DNA from: Candidatus Staskawiczbacteria bacterium
GTDB taxonomy: Bacteria > Patescibacteriota > Minisyncoccia > Minisyncoccales > Staskawiczbacteraceae
Length of the DNA: 64,000 nt
Assembly (NCBI GenBank): GCA_023245155.1
Contig: JAHFKV010000001.1
Location: 75,034-139,033, forward strand
Direction: 5' to 3'
Position 1 is the first letter of the stretch. Every line of letters starts with the position of its first letter. This document shows, one piece after another, positions 63,828 through 64,000 of the stretch. The notes under the pieces were generated by a model. That model did no database searches, was not told where the DNA came from, and saw nothing but the letters and a program-made list of their open reading frames with translations. Position numbers and translations under genes: made by a program.

Positions 63828-64000
63828 TGAACATTATTTTCATCGTCAGCATTTTTGTTAGCCTTTTCTCATTGGCACTTACGTTAATTGGAATACCGGC
63901 GCAGATTGTGAAAAATCATAGGGAAAAACAATCTGGCCAGCCGATTCTGACAATTCTGATTGCTATCGGTTTTTATATCTCGCAGATTGTCTTTTTCACA
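63827..64000 (+). CDS. Partial membrane protein (PQ-loop/SemiSWEET-like N-terminus); 3' end off the window
   Basis: Hand translation: MNIIFIVSIFVSLFSLALTLIGIPAQIVKNHREKQSGQPILTILIAIGFYISQIVFFT. The frame is open to the window end. It is not in the track because only 58 aa are visible. Confidence 0.4.
   Translation, partial: MNIIFIVSIFVSLFSLALTLIGIPAQIVKNHREKQSGQPILTILIAIGFYISQIVFFT

Noticed and set aside
1-64000. Alternative genetic code (UGA recoded, as in some CPR lineages).
   Set aside because: Well-supported genes terminate at TGA at the expected protein ends (ligA at 26874 and the cupin glucose-6-phosphate isomerase at 5003). All long ORFs are intact under the standard code.
1-64000. 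CRISPR arrays, IS elements or transposases, integrases, reverse transcriptase/DGR, prophage or recognisable defence-system genes.
   Set aside because: No spaced direct-repeat arrays were seen, and no ORF carries a DDE, tyrosine or serine recombinase, RT, Cas, or restriction-modification signature. The only repeats found are the ones reported.

Overview
The window reads as a chromosomal segment of a small-genome, low-40s %GC bacterium. The style matches the Candidate Phyla Radiation (CPR, Patescibacteria): compact housekeeping genes, mostly no Shine-Dalgarno (SD) sequences, and a pilus gene set without a secretin, as expected for a cell with no outer membrane. This lineage call is an inference from gene content, not a database hit. 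The standard genetic code applies, since several long ORFs end in TGA.

Content, left to right:
- uvrC (5' end off the window), secG, a family-5 solute-binding protein, cupin-type glucose-6-phosphate isomerase, RNase J and trpS.
- Phosphomannomutase/phosphoglucomutase, rpsF-ssb-rpsR, recA, ftsK and a large low-charge secreted protein.
- rpoB-rpoC, an FtsW/RodA-family gene and ligA.
- A complete type IV pilus cluster: pilM, pilN, pilO, a small membrane protein, pilB, a stand-alone receiver, pilT, pilC, the major pilin, pilD and four minor pilins. It is divergent from comF.
- A tRNA cluster, class I ribonucleotide reductase nrdAB, recG, a processive family-2 glycosyltransferase, tsaD, valS, a PrsW-like protease and Hsp20.
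- Four tandem small VirB2/TrbC-like pilin paralogs, a methyltransferase, gyrA, rpsA (ribosomal protein S1), ftsH and a MutY/Nth-like glycosylase.

Ten tRNAs were found. I saw no rRNA, CRISPR array, transposase, integrase, reverse transcriptase or phage genes.

I did not find a convincing multi-gene novel system. The most unusual observations are:
1. A 154-aa insertion in ValRS with an ASCH (PUA-like) fold.
2. A repeated structured leader element at the rpsF|ssb, ssb|rpsR and rpoB|rpoC junctions. It includes an identical 33-nt hairpin abutting two start codons and a covarying second hairpin.
3. A 93-nt structured repeat in two copies. One copy sits between recG and the glycosyltransferase and is flanked by a ~43-bp duplication that preserves both converging gene ends.
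4. Tandem heptanucleotide repeats (TTCTAGA, AAAATTC) inside the essential genes ligA and tsaD.
5. tRNA genes abutting or overlapping downstream start codons (CCATG).
6. A ~56% GC orphan gene island between the FtsW/RodA-family gene and ligA.
7. An orphan acyl-carrier-like gene.
8. tRNA-Ile(UAU) and tRNA-Arg(GCG).

All coordinates were derived by hand and anchored to the ORF track. Small RNA and hairpin ends may be off by 1-2 nt.
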